From: an uncultured Myxococcales bacterium
Lineage (GTDB): Bacteria > Myxococcota_A > Polyangia > Polyangiales > Houyiibacteriaceae
Length of the DNA: 64,000 nucleotides
Assembly (NCBI GenBank): GCA_965601515.1
Contig: CBFCWN010000006.1
Location: forward strand, 2,372 to 66,371
Direction: 5' to 3'
Part shown: positions 1-9,700 of the stretch, in pieces
Position numbering within the stretch: the first letter of the stretch is position 1
Layout of the letters: every line of letters starts with the position of its first letter
Translations under genes and position numbers: made by a program
Notes under the pieces: model-generated
What the model was told of the DNA's origin: nothing
Seen by the model: only the letters and a program-made list of their open reading frames with translations
Database searches by the model: none

Positions 1-324
1 GAGGTTTGGAACCCGGACATCACCGAAGTCGCGCCCGGCCGGGTGCGTGTCGTGTGGGAGATGCGAGACCGGGCGGACACCGCGCTTTACGCGCTTCGAG
101 GACAGGGCTTCTACGAAGACGAATACGTCGAAACCCAAGACGGCTGGAAGATCGCCAAGGTCCGCCTTCATCGTACCGGGGTAGAGCTTCAGCCGCGCTC
201 TCCACTCATGAAGGGCATCCTCTGGCTTCACGAGCGGGGCTTGCTCCGCCGACTCCTACCGCCGGCCGGTGACGCGCTGGGCGACGCGCTGCACGTAGGC
301 CTTGCGCAGGGGGAGCGTCCTTGA
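1..324 (+). CDS. NTF2/SnoaL-like family protein, C-terminal fragment (5' end lies outside the window)
   Basis: Frame 1 is open from base 1 (EVWNPDITEVAPGRVRVVWEM...) to TGA at 322-324. The tail GFYEDEYVETQDGWKIAKVRLHRT resembles the C-terminal strands of SnoaL/NTF2-like proteins. Its stop overlaps the next start (TTGA). Confidence 0.45.
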   Translation, partial: EVWNPDITEVAPGRVRVVWEMRDRADTALYALRGQGFYEDEYVETQDGWKIAKVRLHRTGVELQPRSPLMKGILWLHERGLLRRLLPPAGDALGDALHVGLAQGERP

Positions 325-1403
325 ACAAGACCGCGCTTCTTACCGGTGCGGCCGGCAAGATCGGTCGCTACGTCATTGGCGCGCTTTCGCGCAGAGGTTT
401 CAACGTCGTCGCGACGGACATCACTGCGAAGGGTGTTCCGCTCGACGTTCGCTTCGAACACTGCGACCTCACCAATCGGGCAGCGGTCGACCGATTGATT
501 GGCCTCGTAAAACCCGATGTCCTGGTTCATTGCGCCGCCGTCGTCGCGCCCATCGCCTATGTCGAGCCGGAGCTTGCCGAGGCGGTGAATCTCGGCGGCA
601 CCGAGCATCTCATCGACGCGATGAAGACTCATGCGCCCGACGGCTTCGTCGTCTTCGTGTCGAGCTACGCCGCGTTCGGCCCCTCGGGCCCGAAGGACGC
701 CATGCGAAGTCCGGTCGACCCTTGCTACCCCGACGACAATTACGGACTTCAGAAGCTGACCGCGGAAAGCTGGTTTGCGTACTCTGGGCTTCGGCATTGC
801 TCGCTCCGACTCGGCGCGGTACTCGACATGGGAAACTTGATTCCAACGCATCCGTCGTATCGACCGTTCGTGTTCATGGTGTCGCTCGAGCAACCCGAGC
901 ACGGCGTCGACGTACGAGACGTCGCTCGGGCGGTCGCATCGGCCGCGGCCGTACAACCCGACGGACATGTGCTTCTGATCGGGGGCGACGATTCCTGGAA
1001 GCTCCCGGCGCGAGGGCTGCGACGCGACATCTTCGGTGCCATCGGCCTTCCGCTCCCCCCGGAGCGCGCGTTCCGCCCGAATCCTGACCCTCAGCGAAAC
1101 GAGGGCTGGTTCTACGAGTCGTGGATGGACACGTCACACAGCGAAGAGCTGCTTCGCTTCCAGCGGGTGTCGCACGACTCGTTCATGAGTGAGCTCCGAC
1201 GGCGAAAGCGGGCGCAGCGTCGACTGCTCAACCCGCTTCGCCCCATCGTCTCTCGTGCCATGGCGCTGACCTCACCGTACCTCGGCAGGGACGCGATCGC
1301 GGCCGGGCTCACGCTGTGGGACGACATCTGCACGGTGTACGAGGTGCCCGAGGACATCGCGCGTACGCGAAGCAGCATGCCTCCGCCCCCGCCGCCGTTT
1401 TAG
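321..1403 (+). CDS. NAD-dependent epimerase/dehydratase (extended SDR) family protein
   Basis: N-terminal Rossmann motif LLTGAAGKIGRYV and YxxxK motif (NYGLQKL). TTG start at 321. GC3-rich coding frame. Confidence 0.8.
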   Translation: MNKTALLTGAAGKIGRYVIGALSRRGFNVVATDITAKGVPLDVRFEHCDLTNRAAVDRLIGLVKPDVLVHCAAVVAPIAYVEPELAEAVNLGGTEHLIDAMKTHAPDGFVVFVSSYAAFGPSGPKDAMRSPVDPCYPDDNYGLQKLTAESWFAYSGLRHCSLRLGAVLDMGNLIPTHPSYRPFVFMVSLEQPEHGVDVRDVARAVASAAAVQPDGHVLLIGGDDSWKLPARGLRRDIFGAIGLPLPPERAFRPNPDPQRNEGWFYESWMDTSHSEELLRFQRVSHDSFMSELRRRKRAQRRLLNPLRPIVSRAMALTSPYLGRDAIAAGLTLWDDICTVYEVPEDIARTRSSMPPPPPPF

Positions 1404-1412
1404 GCGCGCCCC

Positions 1413-2090
1413 TCAGGACTCCTCGCGAAGCCGAGCCAGCACGACACCGGTGAACGAAGGGCGAAGGTAAAATCCGCGCGGCGTTGCCCACTGGACCGCG
1501 CCTTCTTCGTCGGGGGCCCTGCGCCGAGCGCTCCCCGTTGCCGCTTTCGGACGCACCTGAAGAACCTCCCCAAGGTGCCCCGTAATCTGACCGATGTCGC
1601 CGCGCGCAATCATCTCGGCGAGCCTCTCCCAGTCGCGTCGGACCCAACCGATCTCCTCGGCCGTCGGCTGCCAGAGGTACGCGCGACCCACACGGCGCTC
1701 TGGCAGAGGCGTTGACGACGCGGCCTCCACGGGGACGAACAGGACGTGCGCGAGCTTCTTGAACACCACGCTTCGCTCCCAGTCGGTGTCGGCCATCGAC
1801 GCGAGCGGAATCGACGCGACGAAGGTCGACTCTTTCGGTTTCCCGGTGGGGTCGAGGGGTATCGTCTTGAGCTCGACACCGAGGCCAACGAAGTCCGGCT
1901 CTGCGCGCGAGGCGGCGGTCGCGCCGAGGACACGCTCGAGGATCTGACCCGCGATGCCTTTGCCGCGCACGCCTTCTTCGGGCACCTCAACGCTGACCTT
2001 TTCGCCAAGCTCACGAAGCGTGAGACCGGAAACGTTCCGGGCTCGTTCGAGAAGCTCGTCGACGGACGCCGGCTCGTTCACGCCGCCCAC
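1413..2090 (-). CDS. mutH: MutH-type (MutH/Sau3AI family) DNA endonuclease
   Basis: Collinear over its full length with E. coli MutH as I remember it. PDFVGLGVELKTIP matches QDFAALGVELKTIP (the D-X6-E-X-K catalytic motif). LQVRPKAA matches LQIRPKAA, and PRGFYLRPSFT matches PRGFYLKKNFT. The GTG start at 2090 is 2 nt after the dnaE stop. Confidence 0.8.
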   Translation of the reverse strand: MGGVNEPASVDELLERARNVSGLTLRELGEKVSVEVPEEGVRGKGIAGQILERVLGATAASRAEPDFVGLGVELKTIPLDPTGKPKESTFVASIPLASMADTDWERSVVFKKLAHVLFVPVEAASSTPLPERRVGRAYLWQPTAEEIGWVRRDWERLAEMIARGDIGQITGHLGEVLQVRPKAATGSARRRAPDEEGAVQWATPRGFYLRPSFTGVVLARLREES

Positions 2091-2092
2091 CG

Positions 2093-5000
2093 TCAGTGCA
2101 GCTCACAGACCTTCGAACCAAAGAGGCGTTCGAGACTCGTGAGCAGGGCGTCGGTGGGATCGACGAAAAGGCCGGTTTCAGCGAGGTCGACCCGCCAATC
2201 GCCGGGCGAGCTCAGCTCGAGGGACACGGGGCAGGGCCCAGGATACTGCTCGAGCATCGAGCGCAGAGAGTCGAGCTTCGAGCGATCGGTGGTCTCGACG
2301 GCGAGCTTGACCGTGATGGCAGTGGTGCGTTCATGAAGCGCATCGCTGAGAAGCGTCGCCTCTTCGAGCAGGATCTTCGCCTCCGGAGCGGCGCTCTCGT
2401 CGTTGCGGTCCTGCTCGTGCTTTACGCGACCGGTCAAGAGAATCGGCTGCCCCGACTGAAGCGCCTCGCGAAGTCCGGGCTTTTCGAGGGGCTTCGGCCG
2501 AACGATGACTTCGACTCGCCCAAGCGCGTCCTCGATGTGGAAGAACGCCATCGTGTGCCCCATTTTGGTGCGCCGCTCGCGGTACCCCTCGACGGTGCCG
2601 CCGACGGTCACCTGGCGATTGTTGTTCAGCTGCGTGACGCCCTCCGTCGTTGCGTCGCAAAACCGAAGCAGCTCGCTCTTGTAGCGATCGAGCGGATGGC
2701 CAGAAACGTAAAAGCCGAGGGTTCCCTTCTCGCGCGACAGCTGTTCGCGCGAGTCCCAAGGATCCAGCGCGGGGAAGCTGCCCCCGGGATGCTCGTAGGC
2801 CTGCGCATCGTCATCGCCGCCCATGAGTCCGAAGAGGCTCTCCTGCCCGCTCGAGCGTTCGGACTGGATGCGTTTTCCGCGCTCGACGGCCTGCTCGATG
2901 GCGATGAACGCTTGCGAGCGATGGACCTGGATTGCGTTGTGCACGGTGTCGAACGCACCGCATTGCACCAGCGCCTCGATGACGCTCTTGTTCACGCGTC
3001 GAAGGTCGACACGCGCGCAGAAGTCGAAGAGGTCGACGAACGGGCGCTCGCCCCCGTCTTCTTCCGCTTGGCGCGCCTCCAGGATCGCCTCGACGGCGGC
3101 TGTGCCGACGCCCTTGATCGCGCCGAGGCCAAACCGAATCTTGGGTCCCATCGGGTCGTGGACTTCGCCGTTGTAGCAAACCGGCTTGTGCCGGAGACGC
3201 GCGACATCTTGGGCGTCATCGGGGGTGTAGACGACCGTGAACTCGATCTCCGACTCGTTGACGTCCGGAGGCAGCACGGTGATCCCCATCGATCGCGCCT
3301 CCGAGACGGTGCGAACGACCTTGTCGATCTTCTCTTTGTCGGCCGTGAGGGTCGCGCAGCTGAACTCGACGGGGTAGTGAGTCTTCAGGTACGCGGTTTG
3401 GTACGTGATGAGCGCGTATGCAGCCGAATGGCTCTTGTTGAAGCCGTAGCCTGCGAAGTACGCCATCAGGTCGAACACCTCTTCGGCTTTTTGCTGCGTG
3501 TGTCCGCGCGACGTGGCGCCCTCGATGAAGACCGCCTTTTGCTTCTCCATCGCGGCGGCCTTCTTCTTGCCCATCGCGCGCCGGAGTAGGTCGGCGCCGC
3601 CGAGCGAGTAGCCCGCCATCTCTTGCGCGATCTGCATGACCTGCTCTTGATAGACGATGACGCCTCGGGTCTCGTCGAGGATGTGCTCGAGCGACGGGTC
3701 CGGGTACTCGACCTTCTGGCGCCCGTGCTTTCGATGGACGAAGTCCTTGTCCATCTGTGCGCCCATCGGCCCGGGGCGGTACAGCGCGACCGCCGCAACG
3801 ATGTCGTCAAAGCGGTCGGGTCGGAGCTGTTTGAAGAGGCTCTGCATTCCGCTCGACTCGAGCTGGAAGACGTTCGTGGTCTCGCCTGACTGCAGGAGCG
3901 CGTAGGTCGCGGGGTCGTCCATCGAAATCGTGTCGATCCGGAACGGGTCGCCCTCTCGATCGGGGCGCCGATCGATCAGCTTCGTCGCGATGTCGATGAC
4001 GGTGAGCGTGCGTAGCCCGAGGAAGTCGAACTTCACGAGCCCCGCCGCCTCCACGTCGTCCTTGTGGTACTGCGTGACGTAGACGTCGGGCTCTGGGCAG
4101 AACACCGGCACGTGGTCCCAGATCGGGCCCTCGCTGATCACCACGCCCGCCGCATGCATCCCCGCGTGCCGGGTCAGGTTTTCGAGCGCCTGTGCGGTGT
4201 CGAGGAGGTCGCGGGACTGTTCGTCCTGCTCGTAGGCGGCCTTGAGGCGGGCCTCTTGGTCGAGGGCCGCGCTGATCGGTACGCTCTTCCCTTGAACCGG
4301 CTCCGGAATCATCGTTGCAATGAGACCGGCCTCGGCAGGGGTCATGCCCATCACTCGCCCGACATCCCGCACGACGCTCCGGCTCTTCAGCTGATGGAAC
4401 GTCGCGATTTGCCCGACGCTCGCCTGCCCGTACTTGTCACGCACGTACTGGATGACACGGTCGCGCTGGTCCATGCAGAAGTCGATGTCGAAGTCGGGCA
4501 TCGATACGCGTTCGGGGTTCAGGAACCGCTCGAACAGCAGTCCGTGCACGATGGGGTCCAAGTCGGTGATCCGAAGCGCCCACGCGACGAGCGACCCCGC
4601 ACCCGAGCCGCGCCCTGGGCCCACCGGCACGCCATTGTCCTTTGCCCAGTTGATGAAGTCCTGGACGATGAGGAAGTAACCCGCGAAGCCCATCTTGAGA
4701 ATCACCTCGAGCTCGAGCTCGAGGCGGGCGTGGTAGACGTGCTCCTCAAACGACTCGCCTCGCTCTCGCATCTCCTGGATGCGCCGGCCGAGGCCTGCGA
4801 CCGAAAGCGCGCGCAGGTAGTCTTCTTCGCTGGCGCCGCCGGGCACCGAGAAGCTCGGAAGCTTTGGCGAGGCAAGCGGGGTCGCCTGACCCGCACACAT
4901 CTCCGCGATGCGAAGTGTATTTTTCGCAGCGTCGGGCACGTGGGCGAAGAGGCTCACCATTTGCTCCGGCGTCTTGAGATACAGCTCGGAGGAGTGATGG

Positions 5001-5725
5001 TGTACGGCTTCCATCTCTCGCACGCTTCGACTCGCGCCGATGCACTGCAGAACGAGCTGAGCATGGGCGGACTGTCGTTCGAGGTAGTGACAGTCGTTGG
5101 TGCCGACGAGCGGGAGCGCGAGCTCGTTCGCGAGACTTCCTAGGACCTGGTTGAGCGGACGGTTCTCCGGGAAGCCGTGGTCTTGGAGCTCGACGAAGAA
5201 GTGTCCCGGCTCGAAGCAGTCGCGAAGGTTGGCGAGAGCGTCGCGGCCGACTTCCGGTCCCTTGTTGAGGATCTCTTGAGCGACGTGGCCGCCCATGCAG
5301 GCGCTGAGCCCGACGACCCCCTTGCCGTGCTGGTGAAGGACCTCGAAGTCGATTCTGGGCTGAGCGTATGCCGCCATGCCGTCGACCCAACCGGCGCTGA
5401 CCATCCGTACGAGGTTCTGGTAGCCTTCCTGCGACGCAGCGAGCAGCAGGAGATGGTGAAGCTCTTTGTTTTGAGGGTCCCGACGATCGCCCGCCGTGAA
5501 GTTCACTTCGCAGCCTAAAATCGGCTTCACGCCAGTGCTTTCGCACGCACGGACGAGCTGGACCGCGCCGAACATATTGCCGTTGTCGGTCAACGCGACG
5601 GCGGGCATCTCCATCTTGGCGGCATGCTCGACCAACGCGGGAATCCGGATGGCCCCGTCCAACATCGAGAACTCACTGTGAACGTGGAGATGGACGAACT
5701 CGGCGGCCATGGGCGCGCTGAACAT
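2093..5725 (-). CDS. dnaE: DNA polymerase III alpha subunit
   Basis: PHP domain start FVHLHVHSEFSMLDG, then polymerase core, OB fold and C-terminal tail, about 1210 aa. The ORF extends to 5893, but the likely start is ATG 5725 (MFSAPMAAEF) or ATG 5710. Confidence 0.95.
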   Translation of the reverse strand: MFSAPMAAEFVHLHVHSEFSMLDGAIRIPALVEHAAKMEMPAVALTDNGNMFGAVQLVRACESTGVKPILGCEVNFTAGDRRDPQNKELHHLLLLAASQEGYQNLVRMVSAGWVDGMAAYAQPRIDFEVLHQHGKGVVGLSACMGGHVAQEILNKGPEVGRDALANLRDCFEPGHFFVELQDHGFPENRPLNQVLGSLANELALPLVGTNDCHYLERQSAHAQLVLQCIGASRSVREMEAVHHHSSELYLKTPEQMVSLFAHVPDAAKNTLRIAEMCAGQATPLASPKLPSFSVPGGASEEDYLRALSVAGLGRRIQEMRERGESFEEHVYHARLELELEVILKMGFAGYFLIVQDFINWAKDNGVPVGPGRGSGAGSLVAWALRITDLDPIVHGLLFERFLNPERVSMPDFDIDFCMDQRDRVIQYVRDKYGQASVGQIATFHQLKSRSVVRDVGRVMGMTPAEAGLIATMIPEPVQGKSVPISAALDQEARLKAAYEQDEQSRDLLDTAQALENLTRHAGMHAAGVVISEGPIWDHVPVFCPEPDVYVTQYHKDDVEAAGLVKFDFLGLRTLTVIDIATKLIDRRPDREGDPFRIDTISMDDPATYALLQSGETTNVFQLESSGMQSLFKQLRPDRFDDIVAAVALYRPGPMGAQMDKDFVHRKHGRQKVEYPDPSLEHILDETRGVIVYQEQVMQIAQEMAGYSLGGADLLRRAMGKKKAAAMEKQKAVFIEGATSRGHTQQKAEEVFDLMAYFAGYGFNKSHSAAYALITYQTAYLKTHYPVEFSCATLTADKEKIDKVVRTVSEARSMGITVLPPDVNESEIEFTVVYTPDDAQDVARLRHKPVCYNGEVHDPMGPKIRFGLGAIKGVGTAAVEAILEARQAEEDGGERPFVDLFDFCARVDLRRVNKSVIEALVQCGAFDTVHNAIQVHRSQAFIAIEQAVERGKRIQSERSSGQESLFGLMGGDDDAQAYEHPGGSFPALDPWDSREQLSREKGTLGFYVSGHPLDRYKSELLRFCDATTEGVTQLNNNRQVTVGGTVEGYRERRTKMGHTMAFFHIEDALGRVEVIVRPKPLEKPGLREALQSGQPILLTGRVKHEQDRNDESAAPEAKILLEEATLLSDALHERTTAITVKLAVETTDRSKLDSLRSMLEQYPGPCPVSLELSSPGDWRVDLAETGLFVDPTDALLTSLERLFGSKVCELH

Positions 5726-5928
5726 ACTTCGCGTGCGCGGTGGATTCCACCTCTCCCTGCGGCTTCTCGGGAAGGCTGCGGAGCTGGGATTTGCCGCGGG
5801 ATCAAGCGTGCCCTTGTGAGTTCGGTCCGAGGAAGTACAATCAGCGGACGGCAGAGCAATCTGGCGTGTGAGACAACAGCACCGCCGTGGCATGAGGCCG
5901 CGTCGGCTGCTGAGCGAAAGAGTTGAAA

Positions 5929-6213
5929 ATGAGCAAGAGACTGTTCTGCGGGGGCCTCGCTTGGGCGACGACCACTGAAGACCTCCGAGAGGCGTTCACG
6001 CCTTTCGGCGAGGTCACCGACGCCAAGGTCGTGACCGATCGAGAAACAGGCCGTTCGCGGGGTTTCGGTTTCGTGACGTTCACGACGGAAGAAGCGGCGA
6101 GTAGCGCGCGCGAGTCGATGGACGGCGCGACGCTTGGCGGGCGAACCATTCGCGTCGACCTCGCGCGAGAGCGCCAGGGCGGCGGCGGCGGTGGTGGCGG
6201 TTACCGGCGCTGA
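5929..6213 (+). CDS. RRM-type RNA-binding protein with glycine-rich tail
   Basis: RNP-2 (LFCGGL) and RNP-1 (RGFGFVTF) motifs, with a C-terminal GGGGGGGGYRR tail. ATG at 5929 is preferred over TTG at 5923. Confidence 0.9.
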   Translation: MSKRLFCGGLAWATTTEDLREAFTPFGEVTDAKVVTDRETGRSRGFGFVTFTTEEAASSARESMDGATLGGRTIRVDLARERQGGGGGGGGYRR

Positions 6214-6220
6214 ACGTTCG

Positions 6221-7120
6221 TCAGTGGAGCAGACGGAAGTACCACGCCAAGATCGCGTCGCCCGCGAGTAGGTACTCGAGCGCTGCTAGCGCGAGAAAGG
6301 GTCCGAAGGGAAGCTTCAGCAGGCCGACACGGCCGGGATCCGCCTCGTCCGGCGCCTCGATCACCTCTCCATCGATGACGCGCTCGTCGATGTCGGGCGT
6401 GAGCTTCCGGCCGGTCGCAAGCGCAAGGCCCGCGAAAATCAGTCCTTGGAAGGCGCCAGCGACCAGGCTGAACATCGCGCCTCGCCAGCCGAGGAACGCG
6501 CCGATCATCATCATGAGCTTCGAGTCGCCTTCGCCCATCCCGCGACGACCGGCGAGCGCTTCGTACCCCCATACGAAAATGACCTGAACGGTGAGGTACG
6601 CGGCTCCCGCGCCAACGGCTGCCGACCATAGACCCGGCTCCGCGCGAAACGGCGCGCTTACGAGCCCGACGGCCGAGCAGGGGAGGCTGACCTCATCGGG
6701 AATCTCCATCCATTCAAGGTCGACGAAGGTCGCGATCAGCAGTCCCCCGGCAAAGACGAAGTAGAGGACGGCTTCGATCGTGGCGTAGAGCAGGGGCGTG
6801 CCTTCCGGCGCGCGGACAATCCAAAGCTCCGCGATGGCGACGCACAGCACGGCTCCGAGGAGCTCGACGAACACGTACCGAGGCGAAATGGGGGTGCCGC
6901 AGCAGGACGCCTTTCCACGGAGGGCGAGCCAACCGACGATGGGCACGTTCGTCCATGCTCGGATGGGGGCGCCACAGCTCGGGCAGTGGCTTTTTGGGCG
7001 AACGACCGACATGCCGCGTGGCCACCGGTAGATCGCGACGTTGAAGAAGCTCCCCCAAGCCGCCCCCCACGCGAATGCCACCAGCCACACGAACCAGCGC
7101 GACAAGTCCGCCGCAAGCAT
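6221..7120 (-). CDS. Prepilin peptidase (A24 family, PilD/GspO type)
   Basis: N-terminal Cys cluster (CPSCGAP...CCGTP). Multi-TM body with the two aspartyl protease motifs (VDLEWMEIPDE and GMGEGDSKLMMMIG). Confidence 0.85.
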   Translation of the reverse strand: MLAADLSRWFVWLVAFAWGAAWGSFFNVAIYRWPRGMSVVRPKSHCPSCGAPIRAWTNVPIVGWLALRGKASCCGTPISPRYVFVELLGAVLCVAIAELWIVRAPEGTPLLYATIEAVLYFVFAGGLLIATFVDLEWMEIPDEVSLPCSAVGLVSAPFRAEPGLWSAAVGAGAAYLTVQVIFVWGYEALAGRRGMGEGDSKLMMMIGAFLGWRGAMFSLVAGAFQGLIFAGLALATGRKLTPDIDERVIDGEVIEAPDEADPGRVGLLKLPFGPFLALAALEYLLAGDAILAWYFRLLH

Positions 7121-7211
7121 TTTGCCATGCTACCAGCCCCCGGCGCGGAGTCCCGTTTTTCGGGTCGGCAGTTGCAGCCGGACCTTCTCGGTGCGATTCA
7201 GGAACAAACCG

Positions 7212-8321
7212 ATGAGCGGAGAATCGACCAGAACGGCGCTGCGGGAGACCAAGCGGATCGTCGTCAAAATCGGCAGCCGGGCCCTGTGTGCTGGAGGAGG
7301 TCGGTTTGCCATGGTGGCGGAGCAGCTTGCCACGCAGGTCGAGGCCGGACGCAAAGTGGTTCTCGTGTCGTCGGGTGCCGTCGCCGTCGGGCGTGAGCGC
7401 TTGGGGCTCAAGGAACGGCCGAAGAAGGTGCCGCTCCTGCAGGCCGCCGCAGCCACTGGGCAGTCTCTGCTCATGCGCGCTTACGAAGATGCCTTCGAGG
7501 CGAAAGGCATTCACGTGGCCCAGGTCCTCCTCACACACGATGCCGTGAGCGATCGTGAGCGTTACCTGCATGCGAGGCACGCGATCGACGAGCTGCTGAA
7601 GCTCGGAGTCGTCCCCATCATCAACGAAAACGACACCGTCTCGATCGACGAGCTTCGCTTTGGTGACAACGACCAGCTCGCCGCGATGGTTTGCACGCTC
7701 ATCGGCGCCGACCTGCTCGTGCTTCTGAGTGACGTCGAGGGCGTCCTCGACGACCAGGGGAAGCGCGTGTCGCTCGTCAGCGACGTCTCGGAAATCGAAG
7801 GCTTCATTCGGCCTCCGGAGGACGACGTCGGGCTTGGGGGCATGCAGTCAAAAGTCGAAGCAGCCCGTCGCGCAACGCTTCACGGTCTGCCCGTCGCGAT
7901 CGGTCCTGCGGCGTCCAACGATTTTCTCGATCGCTTGGTGCGCGGTGATGACGTGGGCACGCTCCTCCTGCCACACGGCTCGCCGCTCCCGAGTCGCAAG
8001 CACTGGATCGCGTACACCCTCAAGCCGCAGGGGCGCATCGCGGTCGACGAGGGTGCGTGTCGCGCGCTCCTAAGAGGCAAGTCGAGTCTCCTGCCCGCAG
8101 GGGTCGTTTCGGTGACGGGTACGTTCAAAGCAGGTGACGCAGTGGCCATCGTGAACGGTGCGGGAATCGAGCTCGCCCGCGGCCTTGCGCGTTACGATGC
8201 GACTGACGTTCGGCGTTTGGCAGGGGGTCAGAGCGGCCAGATCGCCGATCTCGTCGAAAACCATTTGGGCGACGAAATCGTGCATCGGGACGACATCGTG
8301 CTTACCGGCGAGAGCGCCTGA
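7212..8321 (+). CDS. proB: Glutamate 5-kinase
   Basis: KRIVVKIGSRAL amino-acid-kinase start and a C-terminal PUA-like region. ATG at 7212 is in frame with the longer ORF from 7041, whose first 57 codons look non-coding. Confidence 0.95.
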   Translation: MSGESTRTALRETKRIVVKIGSRALCAGGGRFAMVAEQLATQVEAGRKVVLVSSGAVAVGRERLGLKERPKKVPLLQAAAATGQSLLMRAYEDAFEAKGIHVAQVLLTHDAVSDRERYLHARHAIDELLKLGVVPIINENDTVSIDELRFGDNDQLAAMVCTLIGADLLVLLSDVEGVLDDQGKRVSLVSDVSEIEGFIRPPEDDVGLGGMQSKVEAARRATLHGLPVAIGPAASNDFLDRLVRGDDVGTLLLPHGSPLPSRKHWIAYTLKPQGRIAVDEGACRALLRGKSSLLPAGVVSVTGTFKAGDAVAIVNGAGIELARGLARYDATDVRRLAGGQSGQIADLVENHLGDEIVHRDDIVLTGESA

Positions 8322-8345
8322 GCGGGTGACTCCCGGTTCGCGCAA

Positions 8346-9632
8346 ATGGTGCTAGATTCCCGGGCTGTGAGTGAAGATGTGAAAACACTCGTGACCGAGC
8401 TTGCGACCGCTGCCAAAGCGGCTTCGCGGGTCCTTGCGACGGCGAGCAGCGACCAAAAGAATGCGGTTCTGCGACGTGCCGCGGAAGCGCTTCGCGGGGC
8501 CCCAGGCGATCGCGTGCTAGAGGCGAACGCGCGCGACATGGAGGCGGCCCATGCAATGGGGCTTTCGAAGGCGATGCTCGATCGTCTGGCGCTCGACCGG
8601 AAGCGGCTCGACGGCGTTGCGGACGGAGTCGAACAGGTAGCAACGCTCCCAGACCCTGTAGGCACGGTCGTCGAAGAACGCGTTCTCGGCAACGGCCTAC
8701 GGGTTTCTAAGATGCGAGCACCTCTCGGGCTCATCGGCATCATCTACGAATCGCGTCCGAATGTCACGGCAGATGCAGCATCGCTTTGCTTGAAGAGCGG
8801 GAACGGCGTCCTTCTTCGGGGAGGCAAAGAAGCGTTCCACAGCAACACCGCGATCGCCGCGATCTTCACACAGGCGTTAGAAGACGAGGGGCTTCCTTCC
8901 GAAAGTGTCACACTTTTGCCCACCACGGACCGTCAAGCGACTTTGGTAATGATCGGTCTTGATGGTATCGTCGACATGGTCATTCCGAGAGGTGGAGAAG
9001 GATTGATTCGGTTCGTCGCCGAGCACTCGAAAGTTCCCGTCATCCAGCACTACAAGGGTGTGTGCCACGTCTTTGTCGACGAAACGGCCAACCCGGACAT
9101 GGCGCTCGACATTGCGCTCAACGCAAAGGTGCAGCGTCCTGGCGTCTGCAATTCGATGGAGACGCTTCTCGTCGATGAACACATCGCGCCAACGTTTCTG
9201 CCGAAGCTTGGTGAAGTAATGGGCGACAAGGGTGTCGAGATTCGCGCAGACGGTCGCGCCGCAGAGCATCTCAACGGTGTGAAGCGCGCGAGTGACGCCG
9301 ACTGGGACACCGAACACCTCGACCTGATCCTCAACGTCGGTGTCGTCGATGGGATCGACGGCGCGCTCGAACACGTGGCGAAACATGGCTCGAATCACAC
9401 CGAGGCGATCGTCACGGAGGACCACGACCATGCGGCGCGCTGGCTCCGAGAGGTCGATGCGAGCTTGGTACTTCACAATGCGTCGACGCGTTTCAACGAT
9501 GGATTCGCGCTCGGTCTCGGTGCCGAGATCGGGATTTCGACGACCAAGCTTCATGCTTATGGTCCTATGGGTTTGGCCGAGCTGTGTACGCTGAAATGGA
9601 TCGGCCAAGGAGAAGGTCAAGTCAGGCAGTAA
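8346..9632 (+). CDS. proA: Gamma-glutamyl phosphate reductase
   Basis: Aldehyde dehydrogenase fold with catalytic Cys context PGVCNSMETLLV. Lies immediately downstream of proB. Confidence 0.95.
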   Translation: MVLDSRAVSEDVKTLVTELATAAKAASRVLATASSDQKNAVLRRAAEALRGAPGDRVLEANARDMEAAHAMGLSKAMLDRLALDRKRLDGVADGVEQVATLPDPVGTVVEERVLGNGLRVSKMRAPLGLIGIIYESRPNVTADAASLCLKSGNGVLLRGGKEAFHSNTAIAAIFTQALEDEGLPSESVTLLPTTDRQATLVMIGLDGIVDMVIPRGGEGLIRFVAEHSKVPVIQHYKGVCHVFVDETANPDMALDIALNAKVQRPGVCNSMETLLVDEHIAPTFLPKLGEVMGDKGVEIRADGRAAEHLNGVKRASDADWDTEHLDLILNVGVVDGIDGALEHVAKHGSNHTEAIVTEDHDHAARWLREVDASLVLHNASTRFNDGFALGLGAEIGISTTKLHAYGPMGLAELCTLKWIGQGEGQVRQ

Positions 9633-9700
9633 GGAGACAGAACAGTTTGCCGAAACAAGCACCAGGCGCACAGCTGGATACCAACCCGAGTCCCACTCCG

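Noticed and set aside
5726-5893. 56-62 extra N-terminal codons on dnaE, plus similar extensions on trmL (41477..41974), fumC (59715..60122), the GNAT-like gene (60725..61510), proB, lpd and others
   Set aside because: Homology begins at internal ATG codons. The extensions are Arg/Pro/Cys-rich and overlap neighbouring intergenic or divergent regions.
5888-5905. Sigma-54-like TGGCAT upstream of the RRM gene
   Set aside because: There is no TTGC/TGC element at the required spacing downstream of the GG, so the match is only to half of the -24/-12 consensus.
6178-6201. GGC/GGT simple repeat tract
   Set aside because: It encodes the Gly8 tail of the RRM protein. It is a coding low-complexity tract, not an independent repeat element.
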